From positions 372,001-436,000 of the forward strand of contig MU008171.1 of assembly GCA_010909165.1 (NCBI GenBank): 64,000 nucleotides of DNA, read 5' to 3'. This document shows positions 61,971 to 64,000 of this stretch, one piece after another. Source of the DNA: Anthoceros angustus. Lineage: Eukaryota > Plantae > Anthocerotophyta. Below the pieces are notes generated by a model. The model was not told the DNA's origin. It did no database searches and was given only the letters and a program-made list of their open reading frames with translations. A program made the position numbers and the translations under genes. The first letter of the stretch is position 1. Every line of letters starts with the position of its first letter.

Positions 61971-63810
61971 TTAATGACAAGAGGAGGAGGAATCGGAGGG
62001 GTTGGGGGCTCGGTAGTCGGCGTTGGAGTAGGGCGAGAAGAAGTCGGCCCAGGCGGAGAGCTTCCGGCGGGCGCTCCAGCCGATGTCTCGGCACAGATCG
62101 TCGGCGTGCTTGATGTGCAAGATGGAAATGCAGAGGCGGGACATGAAGCGAGTGGCAGCCGAGACGCAGGCGGTCCAGCTGCGGATTTCCGTCTCCATGG
62201 CCGCCTTGCTCGGCAGCGGGCGGGCCAGCTTGCCTGCAAGCAGATGCGCCAGCCACCGCGCCCCAGCTCCGACGAGTGCACCGTGGACAGCCCTTCCTGG
62301 TAGCCTAGGAACGCCATGGCCGGGATGTCGGGGTGGATCAGGCCCTGCTTGCAACGACAGAGTGGGGTCAGGCCGGGCCGGGGCGGGACGGACGGGGCGG
62401 GCCGGGCCGGGCCGGGTGGGCAATGGGAGCAGAAAGGGGAGAAGGCGGGCGGGGTGTAGTTGCGCCTTACCTGTAGAGGGGGAGGAGGTTGTTGGAGCCG
62501 GTGAGGCGGTCGCGGTAAGGTTGAGGGAGCAGGGCCCGGAGCTTGCCGACGCCGTCGTAGCCGGTGCACATGATGACAACGTCGGCTTCCAGGTGCGTGC
62601 TGTGCTGGTCCAACAGCGTGATGCCGGTGGCGGACAGCGTCCATGAGGCAGCCTTGATGGGGCGGATGGCCCCGCTCTCCAGGCTGGTGAAGAAGGTGGG
62701 AGGAAGCTGCGGCAGGATGCAGCCTGCCAGGTCCTCCAGCAGCGGGTGCTCCGGCCGCAGCAGCTTCCTGTAGGAGCATCCTTGTTCGCCCTTGCCTTTG
62801 CCTTTGCCTTTGCCTTTGCCTGTTGGGTAGTGGAGGAGCAGTCCCCATTCCGCCACCCTGAACACCAGCCATCGCTGCAAATGCAAAGAGCATCCCCGAA
62901 GCGCAGCTGAATTAACCCATACTGCCTACAAAGCCTGCGTGCCGAGCATGATCCGAGGAATGTGGTCACTCACCAGGGGCGCGCAGATGTGCTGCAGGGC
63001 GGACTGGAGGGGGCCCTGGCCGGGCTGGCGCACCCAGAATTGCGCGAAGCGGGTGGAGAAGAGGTGGCCCAGGGGGAGCACGCCCAGCACCACCTTGTTC
63101 GGGGGGCATAGCCAGTGCGCGCGTCTGAAGAGCAGGGTGCAGCCCAGCGCCGGGTTGGCGGCCGCTACTTCCAGGGCCACGTCGATGGCGGTCTTCTGGA
63201 ATCCCATCACCACCACGCGCTGCCCGGCCACCAGCGCGTGCACGCCCGCCTCGTCCAGCCGGGAGTAGTCCAGCGCGTGCAGCACTTTGCCTCGGAACTG
63301 GGAAGCAGCCTCAGCTTCAGGTTGAGCAGCGAGCATGGGCAGAGGGCGGGGCAGGTCGCTGAAGAGGCCGCAGCACAGGACGAGGAAGTGGAAGTGCAGG
63401 AGCTGGTCGTCCGCTAGGCGGACCTCCCACCCGACGGCCTCCTCCTTCTCGTCCACTTCCGGATCCCGCCACGCCGAGATGGCCTGCACCGAGCTGCCGA
63501 GGCGGATGCGCGGCAGCAGCTTGAAGGCGCTGGCGTACGAGTGCAGGTAGCTCTGCACCTGCTCCTGCCATGGATTCTGCTCCTGCACCTCCTCCGGCCA
63601 CGGGAAGTCGCTCATCTCGTACTGCTGCTTGGAGGTCTGCAGGCGGGCCGTGGAGTAGCTGCTGCTCCACACGCCGCCCACGCACTCCCGGGCCTCCAGC
63701 ACCGTCACCTCCCATCCTGCGCTTGCTGCCTCTTGTAAAACGTATTTGCAAGCCAGCAGCCCGCTCACTCCCGCTCCCACTATCCCCACTCGCCGCTTCC
63801 TCTTCTCCAT
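61971..63810 (-). CDS. Flavin-containing monooxygenase, FMO1-like; exons 63810-62974, 62874-62471, ~62344-61971; two apparent missing G's in the last exon
   Basis: FAD motif GAGVSG, FMO signature FRGKVLHALDY, NADPH motif GFQKTAID, CTGY, PLYR|G.IHP.IP.MAFLGY.E, DDLC.D.G...RRK...ADFF.PY...DY. Confidence 0.88.
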
Positions 63811-64000
63811 TCTTCCTCGACAGATCTACACTTCTACGCTGTCCCCAGCCTTCCGGAGCAGCACTGCCGTTGTGTGCAATGCCATCGATCCACGATCTCT
63901 TGCATGCTCATCTTCAGGAGGGACGCCCCACTACGTTTTTTTGTCTTGCGATCCTTCTCTGCATCACGAAGGAGCAGCTCATGCAGTGCACCAAACAGCG

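Noticed and set aside
1-64000. tRNA, rRNA or known conserved miRNA genes
   Set aside because: None recognised by eye; the GGTTCRA hits (~7290, ~18640, ~35415) lack a cloverleaf. A covariance-model scan is needed to exclude them.

Overview
Compact, GC-rich, short-intron land-plant nuclear DNA. A PLS-PPR gene ending in the 'KP...GRP' variant of the DYW domain points to a U-to-C-editing lineage, most likely a hornwort (inference). The left ~23 kb is transposon-rich. It holds a Ty1/copia element (three ~275-bp LTR copies, iMet PBS, PPT, GTCTC target-site duplication, partly duplicated 5' end), fragments of a CRE-like restriction-like-endonuclease non-LTR retrotransposon family (also at ~43-44 kb), and one intronless PPR gene that also carries an N-terminal OSB-type PDF motif. 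The right ~41 kb is gene-dense: a candidate 3-exon secreted orphan, class II TPS, TFIP11/NTR1, an NPH3/RPT2-like gene, organellar-type alkaline/neutral invertase, a UBAP1-like gene, an At3g51510-like gene, KANADI, WDR36/UTP21 (with a ~1-kb internal tandem duplication) and an FMO1-like monooxygenase. Several conserved genes have single-base losses in G runs, so many frameshifts, and possibly the tandem duplications, are probably consensus errors. The most interesting item is the PDF-motif + PLS + DYW:KP(GRP) protein, for which a target sequence is predicted. All family assignments come from recognising motifs by eye; no searches were run.
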